The notes beneath the pieces were generated by a model. That model was given only the letters and a program-made list of their open reading frames with translations. It made no database searches and was not told where the DNA came from. A stretch of 64,000 bases of DNA. It comes from Monocercomonoides exilis PA203. Lineage: Eukaryota > Protista > Preaxostyla. Shown here in pieces: positions 36,884-52,698 of the stretch. The DNA is taken from the NCBI GenBank assembly GCA_001643675.2, contig LSRY02000029.1, forward strand, positions 372,001-436,000, written 5' to 3'. Each line of letters opens with the position of its first letter. Positions within the stretch are counted from its first letter, which is position 1. The position numbers and the translations under genes were made by a program.

Positions 36884-37319
36884 CGCACATCCTTCCTCAA
36901 ACTTCCCTTTTATAATCTTCCCCATCTATCCTTCTTTTTCTTTTCTTTTCTTTTTTTCTTCCAATTCTTTTCCCATCATCAAAATAACTTTCCCAATCGT
37001 ATTCTTCTTCTTCTTTTCTTCTTTCCCTTATTCCTCTATTCTCTCACCCTCTCTCACTTTCAAAATACATTCACTTGTTTTATCATTCATTCATTCACTC
37101 ACTCACTCACTCACTCACTCACTCACTCACTCACTCACTCACTCACTCACTCACTCACTCACTCACTCTTTTGCTCTATTATTTATTTTCTTGTTCAACC
37201 AATAATTCACCTTTTCTTTCAACCATTTAATTACACAATCATTCAATCCTTAATGAACAGTTTTCTCTTTTTCCTTCTCTAACTCTTTTTCTTTTTCACT
37301 TCCACTTCCACTTCCACTT

Positions 37320-37350
<31 letters not shown>

Positions 37351-37373
37351 CACTTCCACTTCCACTTCCACTT

Positions 37374-37477
<104 letters not shown>

Positions 37478-38009
37478 GAAATCGCTTCGCATCATTGTAA
37501 TTTCCATTCTATTCCATTTGATTGTGTGTTGGATGATTTCTTATTTTCTTTTTTTATTCATTCATTCAATTAATCATTTCTTCATCACTTTATTCATCTA
37601 TCCATTTGCACTCTCTTTTCTCTTTTCCCCTCATTTTCTTTTTCTCTCTTTTTGTATTCTTAACATGTTGTTTTGATTCATCTTGTATATTTCTCATTAA
37701 GAAATTGATTTGAGATGGGTAATAGAAGGGAAGGTGGGGAATGATAATTAAAGAAAATATTATCTTATAATGAATGCACGATAGAAATCGAAGAGAAAGC
37801 GGAAAAGTGAAAAGGAGAATTAAAAAGAGGAGATGAATGAATAAGTGAAGAGAAGAGAAGAGAAGGTGTGAAAAGAAAATAGAAGAGGTTAAATGAATGA
37901 AAAGAAGATAAAGAAGTAGATAAAAGAATAAAGAGAGAAAAAGAAATAAAAATAAAGATAAGAAAAAAGAAAAAAAGAGAGAAAATAATGAAAAAGATGA
38001 AAAAAGAAA

Positions 38010-38126
38010 AGCTACAGCACTGGGTTTTTCCAGGCGGTCACCCATCCAAGTACTAACCCAGCGTTGGCCGCTTAACTTCGGAGGTCTGAAGGGATCCGGT
38101 GCGTATGACCAACTATGGCCGTAGCT
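38010..38126 (-). rRNA. 5S: 5S rRNA copy 7
   Basis: Same sequence as copy 2. Confidence 0.97.
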
Positions 38127-38563
38127 CGCACATCCTTCCTCAAACTTCCCTTTTATAATCTTCCCCATCTATCCTTCTTTTTCTTTTCTTTTCTTTTTTT
38201 CTTCCAATTCTTTTCCCATCATCAAAATAACTTTCCCAATCGTATTCTTCTTCTTCTTTTCTTCTTTCCCTTATTCCTCTATTCTCTCACCCTCTCTCAC
38301 TTTCAAAATACATTCACTTGTTTTATCATTCATTCATTCACTCACTCACTCACTCACTCACTCACTCACTCACTCACTCACTCACTCACTCACTCACTCA
38401 CTCACTCACTCTTTTGCTCTATTATTTATTTTCTTGTTCAACCAATAATTCACCTTTTCTTTCAACCATTTAATTACACAATCATTCAATCCTTAATGAA
38501 CAGTTTTCTCTTTTTCCTTCTCTAACTCTTTTTTCTTTTTCACTTCCACTTCCACTTCCACTT

Positions 38564-38655
<92 letters not shown>

Positions 38656-39186
38656 GAAATCGCTTCGCATCATTGTAATTTCCATTCTATTCCATTTGAT
38701 TGTGTGTTGGATGATTTCTTATTTTCTTTTTTATTCATTCATTCAATTAATCATTTCTTCATCACTTTATTCATCTATCCATTTGCACTCTCTTTTCTCT
38801 TTTCCCCTCATTTTCTTTTTCTCTCTTTTTGTATTCTTAACATGTTGTTTTGATTCATCTTGTATATTTCTCATTAAGAAATTGATTTGAGATGGGTAAT
38901 AGAAGGGAAGGTGGGGAATGATAATTAAAGAAAATATTATCTTATAATGAATGCACGATAGAAATCGAAGAGAAAGCGGAAAAGTGAAAAGGAGAATTAA
39001 AAAGAGGAGATGAATGAATAAGTGAAGAGAAGAGAAGAGAAGGTGTGAAAAGAAAATAGAAGAGGTTAAATGAATGAAAAGAAGATAAAGAAGTAGATAA
39101 AAGAATAAAGAGAGAAAAAGAAATAAAAATAAAGATAAGAAAAAAGAAAAAAGAGAGAAAATAATGAAAAAGATGAAAAAAGAAAA

Positions 39187-39303
39187 AGCTACAGCACTGG
39201 GTTTTTCCAGGCGGTCACCCATCCAAGTACTAACCCAGCGTTGGCCGCTTAACTTCGGAGGTCTGAAGGGATCCGGTGCGTATGACCAACTATGGCCGTA
39301 GCT
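39187..39303 (-). rRNA. 5S: 5S rRNA copy 8
   Basis: Same sequence as copy 2. Confidence 0.97.
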
Positions 39304-39792
39304 CGCACATCCTTCCTCAAACTTCCCTTTTATAATCTTCCCCATCTATCCTTCTTTTTCTTTTTCTTTTCTTTTTTTCTTCCAATTCTTTTCCCATCAT
39401 CAAAATAACTTTCCCAATCGTATTCTTCTTCTTCTTTTCTTCTTTCCCTTATTCCTCTATTCTCTCACCCTCTCTCACTTTCAAAATACATTCACTTGTT
39501 TTATCATTCATTCATTCACTCACTCACTCACTCACTCACTCACTCACTCACTCACTCACTCACTCACTCACTCACTCACTCACTCACTCACTCTTTTGCT
39601 CTATTATTTATTTTCTTGTTCAACCAATAATTCACCTTTTCTTTCAACCATTTAATTACACAATCATTCAATCCTTAATGAACAGTTTTCTCTTTTTCCT
39701 TCTCTAACTCTTTTTCTTTTTCACTTCCACTTCCACTTCCACTTTCACTTTCACTTTCACTTTCACTTTCACTTCCACTTCCACTTCCACTT

Positions 39793-39872
<80 letters not shown>

Positions 39873-40401
39873 GAAATCGCTTCGCATCATTGTAATTTCC
39901 ATTCTATTCCATTTGATTGTGTGTTGGATGATTTCTTATTTTCTTTTTTTATTCATTCATTCAATTAATCATTTCTTCATCACTTTATTCATCTATCCAT
40001 TTGCACTCTCTTTTCTCTTTTCCCCTCATTTTCTTTTTCTCTCTTTTTGTATTCTTAACATGTTGTTTTGATTCATCTTGTATATTTCTCATTAAGAAAT
40101 TGATTTGAGATGGGTAATAGAAGGGAAGGTGGGGAATGATAATTAAAGAAAATATTATCTTATAATGAATGCACGATAGAAATCGAAGAGAAAGCGGAAA
40201 AGTGAAAAGGAGAATTAAAAAGAGGAGATGAATGAATAAGTGAAGAGAAGAGAAGAGAAGGTGTGAAAAGAAAATAGAAGAGGTTAAATGAATGAAAAGA
40301 AGATAAAGAAGTAGATAAAAGAATAAAGAGAGAAAAAGAAATAAAAATAAAGATAAGAAAAAGAAAAAAAGAGAAAATAATGAAAAAGATGAAAAAAGAA
40401 A

Positions 40402-40518
40402 AGCTACAGCACTGGGTTTTTCCAGGCGGTCACCCATCCAAGTACTAACCCAGCGTTGGCCGCTTAACTTCGGAGGTCTGAAGGGATCCGGTGCGTATGA
40501 CCAACTATGGCCGTAGCT
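40402..40518 (-). rRNA. 5S: 5S rRNA copy 9
   Basis: Same sequence as copy 2. Confidence 0.97.
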
Positions 40519-41002
40519 CGCACATCCTTCCTCAAACTTCCCTTTTATAATCTTCCCCATCTATCCTTCTTTTTCTTTTCTTTTCTTTTTTTCTTCCAAT
40601 TCTTTTCCCATCATCAAAATAACTTTCCCAATCGTATTCTTCTTCTTCTTTTCTTCTTTCCCTTATTCCTCTATTCTCTCACCCTCTCTCACTTTCAAAA
40701 TACATTCACTTGTTTTATCATTCATTCATTCACTCACTCACTCACTCACTCACTCACTCACTCACTCACTCACTCACTCACTCACTCACTCACTCACTCA
40801 CTCTTTTGCTCTATTATTTATTTTCTTGTTCAACCAATAATTCACCTTTTCTTTCAACCATTTAATTACACAATCATTCAATCCTTAATGAACAGTTTTC
40901 TCTTTTTCCTTCTCTAACTCTTTTTCTTTTTCACTTCCACTTCCACTTCCACTTTCACTTTCACTTTCACTTTCACTTTCACTTCCACTTCCACTTCCAC
41001 TT

Positions 41003-41100
<98 letters not shown>

Positions 41101-41630
41101 GAAATCGCTTCGCATCATTGTAATTTCCATTCTATTCCATTTGATTGTGTGTTGGATGATTTCTTATTTTCTTTTTTTATTCATTCATTCAATTAATCAT
41201 TTCTTCATCACTTTATTCATCTATCCATTTGCACTCTCTTTTCTCTTTTCCCCTCATTTTCTTTTTCTCTCTTTTTGTATTCTTAACATGTTGTTTTGAT
41301 TCATCTTGTATATTTCTCATTAAGAAATTGATTTGAGATGGGTAATAGAAGGGAAGGTGGGGAATGATAATTAAAGAAAATATTATCTTATAATGAATGC
41401 ACGATAGAAATCGAAGAGAAAGCGGAAAAGTGAAAAGGAGAATTAAAAAGAGGAGATGAATGAATAAGTGAAGAGAAGAGAAGAGAAGGTGTGAAAAGAA
41501 AATAGAAGAGGTTAAATGAATGAAAAGAAGATAAAGAAGTAGATAAAAGAATAAAGAGAGAAAAAGAAATAAAAATAAAGATAAGAAAAAGAAAAAAAGA
41601 GAAAATAATGAAAAAGATGAAAAAAGAAAA

Positions 41631-41747
41631 AGCTACAGCACTGGGTTTTTCCAGGCGGTCACCCATCCAAGTACTAACCCAGCGTTGGCCGCTTAACTTC
41701 GGAGGTCTGAAGGGATCCGGTGCGTATGACCAACTATGGCCGTAGCT
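41631..41747 (-). rRNA. 5S: 5S rRNA copy 10
   Basis: Same sequence as copy 2. Confidence 0.97.
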
Positions 41748-42185
41748 CGCACATCCTTCCTCAAACTTCCCTTTTATAATCTTCCCCATCTATCCTTCTT
41801 TTTTCTTTTTCTTTTCTTTTTTTCTTCCAATTCTTTTCCCATCATCAAAATAACTTTCCCAATCGTATTCTTCTTCTTCTTTTCTTCTTTCCCTTATTCC
41901 TCTATTCTCTCACCCTCTCTCACTTTCAAAATACATTCACTTGTTTTATCATTCATTCATTCACTCACTCACTCACTCACTCACTCACTCACTCACTCAC
42001 TCACTCACTCACTCACTCACTCACTCACTCACTCTTTTGCTCTATTATTTATTTTCTTGTTCAACCAATAATTCACCTTTTCTTTCAACCATTTAATTAC
42101 ACAATCATTCAATCCTTAATGAACAGTTTTCTCTTTTTCCTTCTCTAACTCTTTTTCTTTTTCACTTCCACTTCCACTTCCACTT

Positions 42186-42216
<31 letters not shown>

Positions 42217-42239
42217 CACTTCCACTTCCACTTCCACTT

Positions 42240-42343
<104 letters not shown>

Positions 42344-42868
42344 GAAATCGCTTCGCATCATTGTAATTTCCATTCTATTCCATTTGATTGTGTGTTGGAT
42401 GATTTCTTATTTTCTTTTTTATTCATTCATTCAATTAATCATTTCTTCATCACTTTATTCATCTATCCATTTGCACTCTCTTTTCTCTTTTCCCCTCATT
42501 TTCTTTTTCTCTCTTTTTGTATTCTTAACATGTTGTTTTGATTCATCTTGTATATTTCTCATTAAGAAATTGATTTGAGATGGGTAATAGAAGGGAAGGT
42601 GGGGAATGATAATTAAAGAAAATATTATCTTATAATGAATGCACGATAGAAATCGAAGAGAAAGCGGAAAAGTGAAAAGGAGAATTAAAAAGAGGAGATG
42701 AATGAATAAGTGAAGAGAAGAGAAGAGAAGGTGTGAAAAGAAAAATAGAAGAGGTTAAATGAATGAAAAGAAGATAAAGAAGTAGATAAAAGAATAAAGA
42801 GAGAAAAAGAAATAAAGATAAGAAAAAAGAAAAAAGAGAGAAAATAATGAAAAAGATGAAAAAAGAAA

Positions 42869-42985
42869 AGCTACAGCACTGGGTTTTTCCAGGCGGTCAC
42901 CCATCCAAGTACTAACCCAGCGTTGGCCGCTTAACTTCGGAGGTCTGAAGGGATCCGGTGCGTATGACCAACTATGGCCGTAGCT
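42869..42985 (-). rRNA. 5S: 5S rRNA copy 11
   Basis: Same sequence as copy 2. Confidence 0.97.
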
Positions 42986-43417
42986 CGCACATCCTTCCTC
43001 AAACTTCCCTTTTATAATCTTCCCCATCTATCCTTCTTTTTCTTTTCTTTTCTTTTTTTCTTCCAATTCTTTTCCCATCATCAAAATAACTTTCCCAATC
43101 GTATTCTTCTTCTTCTTTTCTTCTTTCCCTTATTCCTCTATTCTCTCACCCTCTCTCACTTTCAAAATACATTCACTTGTTTTATCATTCATTCATTCAC
43201 TCACTCACTCACTCACTCACTCACTCACTCACTCACTCACTCACTCACTCACTCACTCACTCACTCTTTTGCTCTATTATTTATTTTCTTGTTCAACCAA
43301 TAATTCACCTTTTCTTTCAACCATTTAATTACACAATCATTCAATCCTTAATGAACAGTTTTCTCTTTTTCCTTCTCTAACTCTTTTTCTTTTTCACTTC
43401 CACTTCCACTTCCACTT

Positions 43418-43448
<31 letters not shown>

Positions 43449-43471
43449 CACTTCCACTTCCACTTCCACTT

Positions 43472-43575
<104 letters not shown>

Positions 43576-44098
43576 GAAATCGCTTCGCATCATTGTAATT
43601 TCCATTCTATTCCATTTGATTGTGTGTTGGATGATTTCTTATTTTCTTTTTTATTCATTCATTCAATTAATCATTTCTTCATCACTTTATTCATCTATCC
43701 ATTTGCACTCTCTTTTCTCTTTTCCCCTCATTTTCTTTTTTCTCTCTTTTTGTATTCTTAACATGTTGTTTTGATTCATCTTGTATATTTCTCATTAAGA
43801 AATTGATTTGAGATGGGTAATAGAAGGGAAGGTGGGGAATGATAATTAAAGAAAATATTATCTTATAATGAATGCACGATAGAAATCGAAGAGAAAGCGG
43901 AAAAGTGAAAAGGAGAATAAAAAGAGGAGATGAATGAATAAGTGAAGAGAAGAGAAGAGAAGGTGTGAAAAGAAAATAGAAGAGGTTAAATGAATGAAAA
44001 GAAGATAAAGAAGTAGATAAAAGAATAAAGAGAGAAAAAAGAAATAAAAATAAAGATAAGAAAAAAGAAAAAAGAGAGAAAAAGATGAAAAAAGAAAA

Positions 44099-44215
44099 AG
44101 CTACAGCACTGGGTTTTTCCAGGCGGTCACCCATCCAAGTACTAACCCAGCGTTGGCCGCTTAACTTCGGAGGTCTGAAGGGATCCGGTGCGTATGACCA
44201 ACTATGGCCGTAGCT
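44099..44215 (-). rRNA. 5S: 5S rRNA copy 12
   Basis: Same sequence as copy 2. Confidence 0.97.
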
Positions 44216-44700
44216 CGCACATCCTTCCTCAAACTTCCCTTTTATAATCTTCCCCATCTATCCTTCTTTTTCTTTTCTTTTCTTTTTTTCTTCCAATTCT
44301 TTTCCCATCATCAAAATAACTTTCCCAATCGTATTCTTCTTCTTCTTTTCTTCTTTCCCTTATTCCTCTATTCTCTCACCCTCTCTCACTTTCAAAATAC
44401 ATTCACTTGTTTTATCATTCATTCATTCACTCACTCACTCACTCACTCACTCACTCACTCACTCACTCACTCACTCACTCACTCACTCACTCACTCACTC
44501 TTTTGCTCTATTATTTATTTTCTTGTTCAACCAATAATTCACCTTTTCTTTCAACCATTTAATTACACAATCATTCAATCCTTAATGAACAGTTTTCTCT
44601 TTTTCCTTCTCTAACTCTTTTTTCTTTTTCACTTCCACTTCCACTTCCACTTTCACTTTCACTTTCACTTTCACTTTCACTTCCACTTCCACTTCCACTT

Positions 44701-44804
<104 letters not shown>

Positions 44805-45335
44805 GAAATCGCTTCGCATCATTGTAATTTCCATTCTATTCCATTTGATTGTGTGTTGGATGATTTCTTATTTTCTTTTTTATTCATTCATTCAATTAAT
44901 CATTTCTTCATCACTTTATTCATCTATCCATTTGCACTCTCTTTTCTCTTTTCCCCTCATTTTCTTTTTTCTCTCTTTTTGTATTCTTAACATGTTGTTT
45001 TGATTCATCTTGTATATTTCTCATTAAGAAATTGATTTGAGATGGGTAATAGAAGGGAAGGTGGGGAATGATAATTAAAGAAAATATTATCTTATAATGA
45101 ATGCACGATAGAAATCGAAGAGAAAGCGGAAAAGTGAAAAGGAGAATAAAAAGAGGAGATGAATGAATAAGTGAAGAGAAGAGAAGAGAAGGTGTGAAAA
45201 GAAAATAGAAGAGGTTAAATGAATGAAAAGAAGATAAAGAAGTAGATAAAAGAATAAAGAGAGAAAAAGAAATAAAAATAAAGATAAGAAAAAAGAAAAA
45301 AGAGAGAAAATAATGAAAAAGATGAAAAAAGAAAA

Positions 45336-45452
45336 AGCTACAGCACTGGGTTTTTCCAGGCGGTCACCCATCCAAGTACTAACCCAGCGTTGGCCGCTTA
45401 ACTTCGGAGGTCTGAAGGGATCCGGTGCGTATGACCAACTATGGCCGTAGCT
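45336..45452 (-). rRNA. 5S: 5S rRNA copy 13
   Basis: Same sequence as copy 2. Confidence 0.97.
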
Positions 45453-45930
45453 CGCACATCCTTCCTCAAACTTCCCTTTTATAATCTTCCCCATCTATCC
45501 TTCTTTTTCTTTTCTTTTCTTTTTTTCTTCCAATTCTTTTCCCATCATCAAAATAACTTTCCCAATCGTATTCTTCTTCTTCTTTTCTTCTTTCCCTTAT
45601 TCCTCTATTCTCTCACCCTCTCTCACTTTCAAAATACATTCACTTGTTTTATCATTCATTCATTCACTCACTCACTCACTCACTCACTCACTCACTCACT
45701 CACTCACTCACTCACTCACTCACTCACTCACTCACTCTTTTGCTCTATTATTTATTTTCTTGTTCAACCAATAATTCACCTTTTCTTTCAACCATTTAAT
45801 TACACAATCATTCAATCCTTAATGAACAGTTTTCTCTTTTTCCTTCTCTAACTCTTTTTCTTTTTCACTTCCACTTCCACTTCCACTTTCACTTTCACTT
45901 TCACTTTCACTTTCACTTCCACTTCCACTT

Positions 45931-45992
<62 letters not shown>

Positions 45993-46523
45993 GAAATCGC
46001 TTCGCATCATTGTAATTTCCATTCTATTCCATTTGATTGTGTGTTGGATGATTTCTTATTTTCTTTTTTTATTCATTCATTCAATTAATCATTTCTTCAT
46101 CACTTTATTCATCTATCCATTTGCACTCTCTTTTCTCTTTTCCCCTCATTTTCTTTTTCTCTCTTTTTGTATTCTTAACATGTTGTTTTGATTCATCTTG
46201 TATATTTCTCATTAAGAAATTGATTTGAGATGGGTAATAGAAGGGAAGGTGGGGAATGATAATTAAAGAAAATATTATCTTATAATGAATGCACGATAGA
46301 AATCGAAGAGAAAGCGGAAAAGTGAAAAGGAGAATTAAAAAGAGGAGATGAATGAATAAGTGAAGAGAAGAGAAGAGAAGGTGTGAAAAGAAAATAGAAG
46401 AGGTTAAATGAATGAAAAGAAGATAAAGAAGTAGATAAAAGAATAAAGAGAGAAAAAAGAAATAAAAATAAAGATAAGAAAAAAAGAAAAAAGAGAAAAT
46501 AATGAAAAAGATGAAAAAAGAAA

Positions 46524-46640
46524 AGCTACAGCACTGGGTTTTTCCAGGCGGTCACCCATCCAAGTACTAACCCAGCGTTGGCCGCTTAACTTCGGAGGTC
46601 TGAAGGGATCCGGTGCGTATGACCAACTATGGCCGTAGCT
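46524..46640 (-). rRNA. 5S: 5S rRNA copy 14
   Basis: Same sequence as copy 2. Confidence 0.97.
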
Positions 46641-47120
46641 CGCACATCCTTCCTCAAACTTCCCTTTTATAATCTTCCCCATCTATCCTTCTTTTTCTTT
46701 TCTTTTCTTTTTTTCTTCCAATTCTTTTCCCATCATCAAAATAACTTTCCCAATCGTATTCTTCTTCTTCTTTTCTTCTTTCCCTTATTCCTCTATTCTC
46801 TCACCCTCTCTCACTTTCAAAATACATTCACTTGTTTTATCATTCATTCATTCACTCACTCACTCACTCACTCACTCACTCACTCACTCACTCACTCACT
46901 CACTCACTCACTCACTCACTCTTTTGCTCTATTATTTATTTTCTTGTTCAACCAATAATTCACCTTTTCTTTCAACCATTTAATTACACAATCATTCAAT
47001 CCTTAATGAACAGTTTTCTCTTTTTCCTTCTCTAACTCTTTTTCTTTTTCACTTCCACTTCCACTTCCACTTTCACTTTCACTTTCACTTTCACTTTCAC
47101 TTCCACTTCCACTTCCACTT

Positions 47121-47182
<62 letters not shown>

Positions 47183-47714
47183 GAAATCGCTTCGCATCAT
47201 TGTAATTTCCATTCTATTCCATTTGATTGTGTGTTGGATGATTTCTTATTTTCTTTTTTTATTCATTCATTCAATTAATCATTTCTTCATCACTTTATTC
47301 ATCTATCCATTTGCACTCTCTTTTCTCTTTTCCCCTCATTTTCTTTTTCTCTCTTTTTGTATTCTTAACATGTTGTTTTGATTCATCTTGTATATTTCTC
47401 ATTAAGAAATTGATTTGAGATGGGTAATAGAAGGGAAGGTGGGGAATGATAATTAAAGAAAATATTATCTTATAATGAATGCACGATAGAAATCGAAGAG
47501 AAAGCGGAAAAGTGAAAAGGAGAATTAAAAAGAGGAGATGAATGAATAAGTGAAGAGAAGAGAAGAGAAGGTGTGAAAAGAAAATAGAAGAGGTTAAATG
47601 AATGAAAAGAAGATAAAGAAGTAGATAAAAGAATAAAGAGAGAAAAAGAAATAAAAATAAAGATAAGAAAAAAGAAAAAAAGAGAGAAAATAATGAAAAA
47701 GATGAAAAAAGAAA

Positions 47715-47831
47715 AGCTACAGCACTGGGTTTTTCCAGGCGGTCACCCATCCAAGTACTAACCCAGCGTTGGCCGCTTAACTTCGGAGGTCTGAAGGGAT
47801 CCGGTGCGTATGACCAACTATGGCCGTAGCT
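47715..47831 (-). rRNA. 5S: 5S rRNA copy 15
   Basis: Same sequence as copy 2. Confidence 0.97.
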
Positions 47832-48269
47832 CGCACATCCTTCCTCAAACTTCCCTTTTATAATCTTCCCCATCTATCCTTCTTTTTTCTTTTTCTTTTC
47901 TTTTTTTCTTCCAATTCTTTTCCCATCATCAAAATAACTTTCCCAATCGTATTCTTCTTCTTCTTTTCTTCTTTCCCTTATTCCTCTATTCTCTCACCCT
48001 CTCTCACTTTCAAAATACATTCACTTGTTTTATCATTCATTCATTCACTCACTCACTCACTCACTCACTCACTCACTCACTCACTCACTCACTCACTCAC
48101 TCACTCACTCACTCACTCTTTTGCTCTATTATTTATTTTCTTGTTCAACCAATAATTCACCTTTTCTTTCAACCATTTAATTACACAATCATTCAATCCT
48201 TAATGAACAGTTTTCTCTTTTTCCTTCTCTAACTCTTTTTCTTTTTCACTTCCACTTCCACTTCCACTT

Positions 48270-48300
<31 letters not shown>

Positions 48301-48323
48301 CACTTCCACTTCCACTTCCACTT

Positions 48324-48427
<104 letters not shown>

Positions 48428-48958
48428 GAAATCGCTTCGCATCATTGTAATTTCCATTCTATTCCATTTGATTGTGTGTTGGATGATTTCTTATTTTCTT
48501 TTTTTATTCATTCATTCAATTAATCATTTCTTCATCACTTTATTCATCTATCCATTTGCACTCTCTTTTCTCTTTTCCCCTCATTTTCTTTTTCTCTCTT
48601 TTTGTATTCTTAACATGTTGTTTTGATTCATCTTGTATATTTCTCATTAAGAAATTGATTTGAGATGGGTAATAGAAGGGAAGGTGGGGAATGATAATTA
48701 AAGAAAATATTATCTTATAATGAATGCACGATAGAAATCGAAGAGAAAGCGGAAAAGTGAAAAGGAGAATTAAAAAGAGGAGATGAATGAATAAGTGAAG
48801 AGAAGAGAAGAGAAGGTGTGAAAAGAAAATAGAAGAGGTTAAATGAATGAAAAGAAGATAAAGAAGTAGATAAAAGAATAAAGAGAGAAAAAGAAATAAA
48901 AATAAAGATAAGAAAAAAGAAAAAAGAGAGAAAATAATGAAAAAGATGAAAAAAGAAA

Positions 48959-49075
48959 AGCTACAGCACTGGGTTTTTCCAGGCGGTCACCCATCCAAGT
49001 ACTAACCCAGCGTTGGCCGCTTAACTTCGGAGGTCTGAAGGGATCCGGTGCGTATGACCAACTATGGCCGTAGCT
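48959..49075 (-). rRNA. 5S: 5S rRNA copy 16
   Basis: Same sequence as copy 2. Confidence 0.97.
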
Positions 49076-49525
49076 CGCACATCCTTCCTCAAACTTCCCT
49101 TTTATAATCTTCCCCATCTATCCTTCTTTTTCTTTTTCTTTTTCTTTTTTTCTTCCAATTCTTTTCCCATCATCAAAATAACTTTCCCAATCGTATTCTT
49201 CTTCTTCTTTTCTTCTTTCCCTTATTCCTCTATTCTCTCACCCTCTCTCACTTTCAAAATACATTCACTTGTTTTATCATTCATTCATTCACTCACTCAC
49301 TCACTCACTCACTCACTCACTCACTCTTTTGCTCTATTATTTATTTTCTTGTTCAACCAATAATTCACCTTTTCTTTCAACCATTTAATTACACAATCAT
49401 TCAATCCTTAATGAACAGTTTTCTCTTTTTCCTTCTCTAACTCTTTTTCTTTTTCACTTCCACTTCCACTTCCACTTTCACTTTCACTTTCACTTTCACT
49501 TTCACTTCCACTTCCACTTCCACTT

Positions 49526-49599
<74 letters not shown>

Positions 49600-50130
49600 G
49601 AAATCGCTTCGCATCATTGTAATTTCCATTCTATTCCATTTGATTGTGTGTTGGATGATTTCTTATTTTCTTTTTTTATTCATTCATTCAATTAATCATT
49701 TCTTCATCACTTTATTCATCTATCCATTTGCACTCTCTTTTCTCTTTTCCCCTCATTTTCTTTTTCTCTCTTTTTGTATTCTTAACATGTTGTTTTGATT
49801 CATCTTGTATATTTCTCATTAAGAAATTGATTTGAGATGGGTAATAGAAGGGAAGGTGGGGAATGATAATTAAAGAAAATATTATCTTATAATGAATGCA
49901 CGATAGAAATCGAAGAGAAAGCGGAAAAGTGAAAAGGAGAATTAAAAAGAGGAGATGAATGAATAAGTGAAGAGAAGAGAAGAGAAGGTGTGAAAAGAAA
50001 ATAGAAGAGGTTAAATGAATGAAAAGAAGATAAAGAAGTAGATAAAAGAATAAAGAGAGAAAAAGAAATAAAAATAAAGATAAGAAAAAAGAAAAAAGAG
50101 AGAAAATAATGAAAAAGATGAAAAAAGAAA

Positions 50131-50247
50131 AGCTACAGCACTGGGTTTTTCCAGGCGGTCACCCATCCAAGTACTAACCCAGCGTTGGCCGCTTAACTTC
50201 GGAGGTCTGAAGGGATCCGGTGCGTATGACCAACTATGGCCGTAGCT
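50131..50247 (-). rRNA. 5S: 5S rRNA copy 17
   Basis: Same sequence as copy 2. Confidence 0.97.
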
Positions 50248-50725
50248 CGCACATCCTTCCTCAAACTTCCCTTTTATAATCTTCCCCATCTATCCTTCTT
50301 TTTCTTTTCTTTTCTTTTTTTCTTCCAATTCTTTTCCCATCATCAAAATAACTTTCCCAATCGTATTCTTCTTCTTCTTTTCTTCTTTCCCTTATTCCTC
50401 TATTCTCTCACCCTCTCTCACTTTCAAAATACATTCACTTGTTTTATCATTCATTCATTCACTCACTCACTCACTCACTCACTCACTCACTCACTCACTC
50501 ACTCACTCACTCACTCACTCACTCACTCACTCTTTTGCTCTATTATTTATTTTCTTGTTCAACCAATAATTCACCTTTTCTTTCAACCATTTAATTACAC
50601 AATCATTCAATCCTTAATGAACAGTTTTCTCTTTTTCCTTCTCTAACTCTTTTTCTTTTTCACTTCCACTTCCACTTCCACTTTCACTTTCACTTTCACT
50701 TTCACTTTCACTTCCACTTCCACTT

Positions 50726-50835
<110 letters not shown>

Positions 50836-51367
50836 GAAATCGCTTCGCATCATTGTAATTTCCATTCTATTCCATTTGATTGTGTGTTGGATGATTTCTT
50901 ATTTTCTTTTTTTATTCATTCATTCAATTAATCATTTCTTCATCACTTTATTCATCTATCCATTTGCACTCTCTTTTCTCTTTTCCCCTCATTTTCTTTT
51001 TCTCTCTTTTTGTATTCTTAACATGTTGTTTTGATTCATCTTGTATATTTCTCATTAAGAAATTGATTTGAGATGGGTAATAGAAGGGAAGGTGGGGAAT
51101 GATAATTAAAGAAAATATTATCTTATAATGAATGCACGATAGAAATCGAAGAGAAAGCGGAAAAGTGAAAAGGAGAATTAAAAAGAGGAGATGAATGAAT
51201 AAGTGAAGAGAAGAGAAGAGAAGGTGTGAAAAGAAAATAGAAGAGGTTAAATGAATGAAAAGAAGATAAAGAAGTAGATAAAAGAATAAAGAGAGAAAAA
51301 GAAATAAAAATAAAGATAAGAAAAAAGAAAAAAGAGAGAAAATAATGAAAAAGATGAAAAAAGAAAA

Positions 51368-51484
51368 AGCTACAGCACTGGGTTTTTCCAGGCGGTCACC
51401 CATCCAAGTACTAACCCAGCGTTGGCCGCTTAACTTCGGAGGTCTGAAGGGATCCGGTGCGTATGACCAACTATGGCCGTAGCT
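51368..51484 (-). rRNA. 5S: 5S rRNA copy 18
   Basis: Same sequence as copy 2. Confidence 0.97.
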
Positions 51485-51970
51485 CGCACATCCTTCCTCA
51501 AACTTCCCTTTTATAATCTTCCCCATCTATCCTTCTTTTTCTTTTCTTTTTCTTTTTTTTCTTCCAATTCTTTTCCCATCATCAAAATAACTTTCCCAAT
51601 CGTATTCTTCTTCTTCTTTTCTTCTTTCCCTTATTCCTCTATTCTCTCACCCTCTCTCACTTTCAAAATACATTCACTTGTTTTATCATTCATTCATTCA
51701 CTCACTCACTCACTCACTCACTCACTCACTCACTCACTCACTCACTCACTCACTCACTCACTCACTCACTCTTTTGCTCTATTATTTATTTTCTTGTTCA
51801 ACCAATAATTCACCTTTTCTTTCAACCATTTAATTACACAATCATTCAATCCTTAATGAACAGTTTTCTCTTTTTCCTTCTCTAACTCTTTTTCTTTTTC
51901 ACTTCCACTTCCACTTCCACTTTCACTTTCACTTTCACTTTCACTTTCACTTCCACTTCCACTTCCACTT

Positions 51971-52050
<80 letters not shown>

Positions 52051-52581
52051 GAAATCGCTTCGCATCATTGTAATTTCCATTCTATTCCATTTGATTGTGT
52101 GTTGGATGATTTCTTATTTTCTTTTTTTATTCATTCATTCAATTAATCATTTCTTCATCACTTTATTCATCTATCCATTTGCACTCTCTTTTCTCTTTTC
52201 CCCTCATTTTCTTTTTCTCTCTTTTTGTATTCTTAACATGTTGTTTTGATTCATCTTGTATATTTCTCATTAAGAAATTGATTTGAGATGGGTAATAGAA
52301 GGGAAGGTGGGGAATGATAATTAAAGAAAATATTATCTTATAATGAATGCACGATAGAAATCGAAGAGAAAGCGGAAAAGTGAAAAGGAGAATTAAAAAG
52401 AGGAGATGAATGAATAAGTGAAGAGAAGAGAAGAGAAGGTGTGAAAAGAAAATAGAAGAGGTTAAATGAATGAAAAGAAGATAAAGAAGTAGATAAAAGA
52501 ATAAAGAGAGAAAAAGAAATAAAAATAAAGATAAGAAAAAAGAAAAAAGAGAGAAAATAATGAAAAAGATGAAAAAAGAAA

Positions 52582-52698
52582 AGCTACAGCACTGGGTTTT
52601 TCCAGGCGGTCACCCATCCAAGTACTAACCCAGCGTTGGCCGCTTAACTTCGGAGGTCTGAAGGGATCCGGTGCGTATGACCAACTATGGCCGTAGCT
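52582..52698 (-). rRNA. 5S: 5S rRNA copy 19
   Basis: Same sequence as copy 2. Confidence 0.97.
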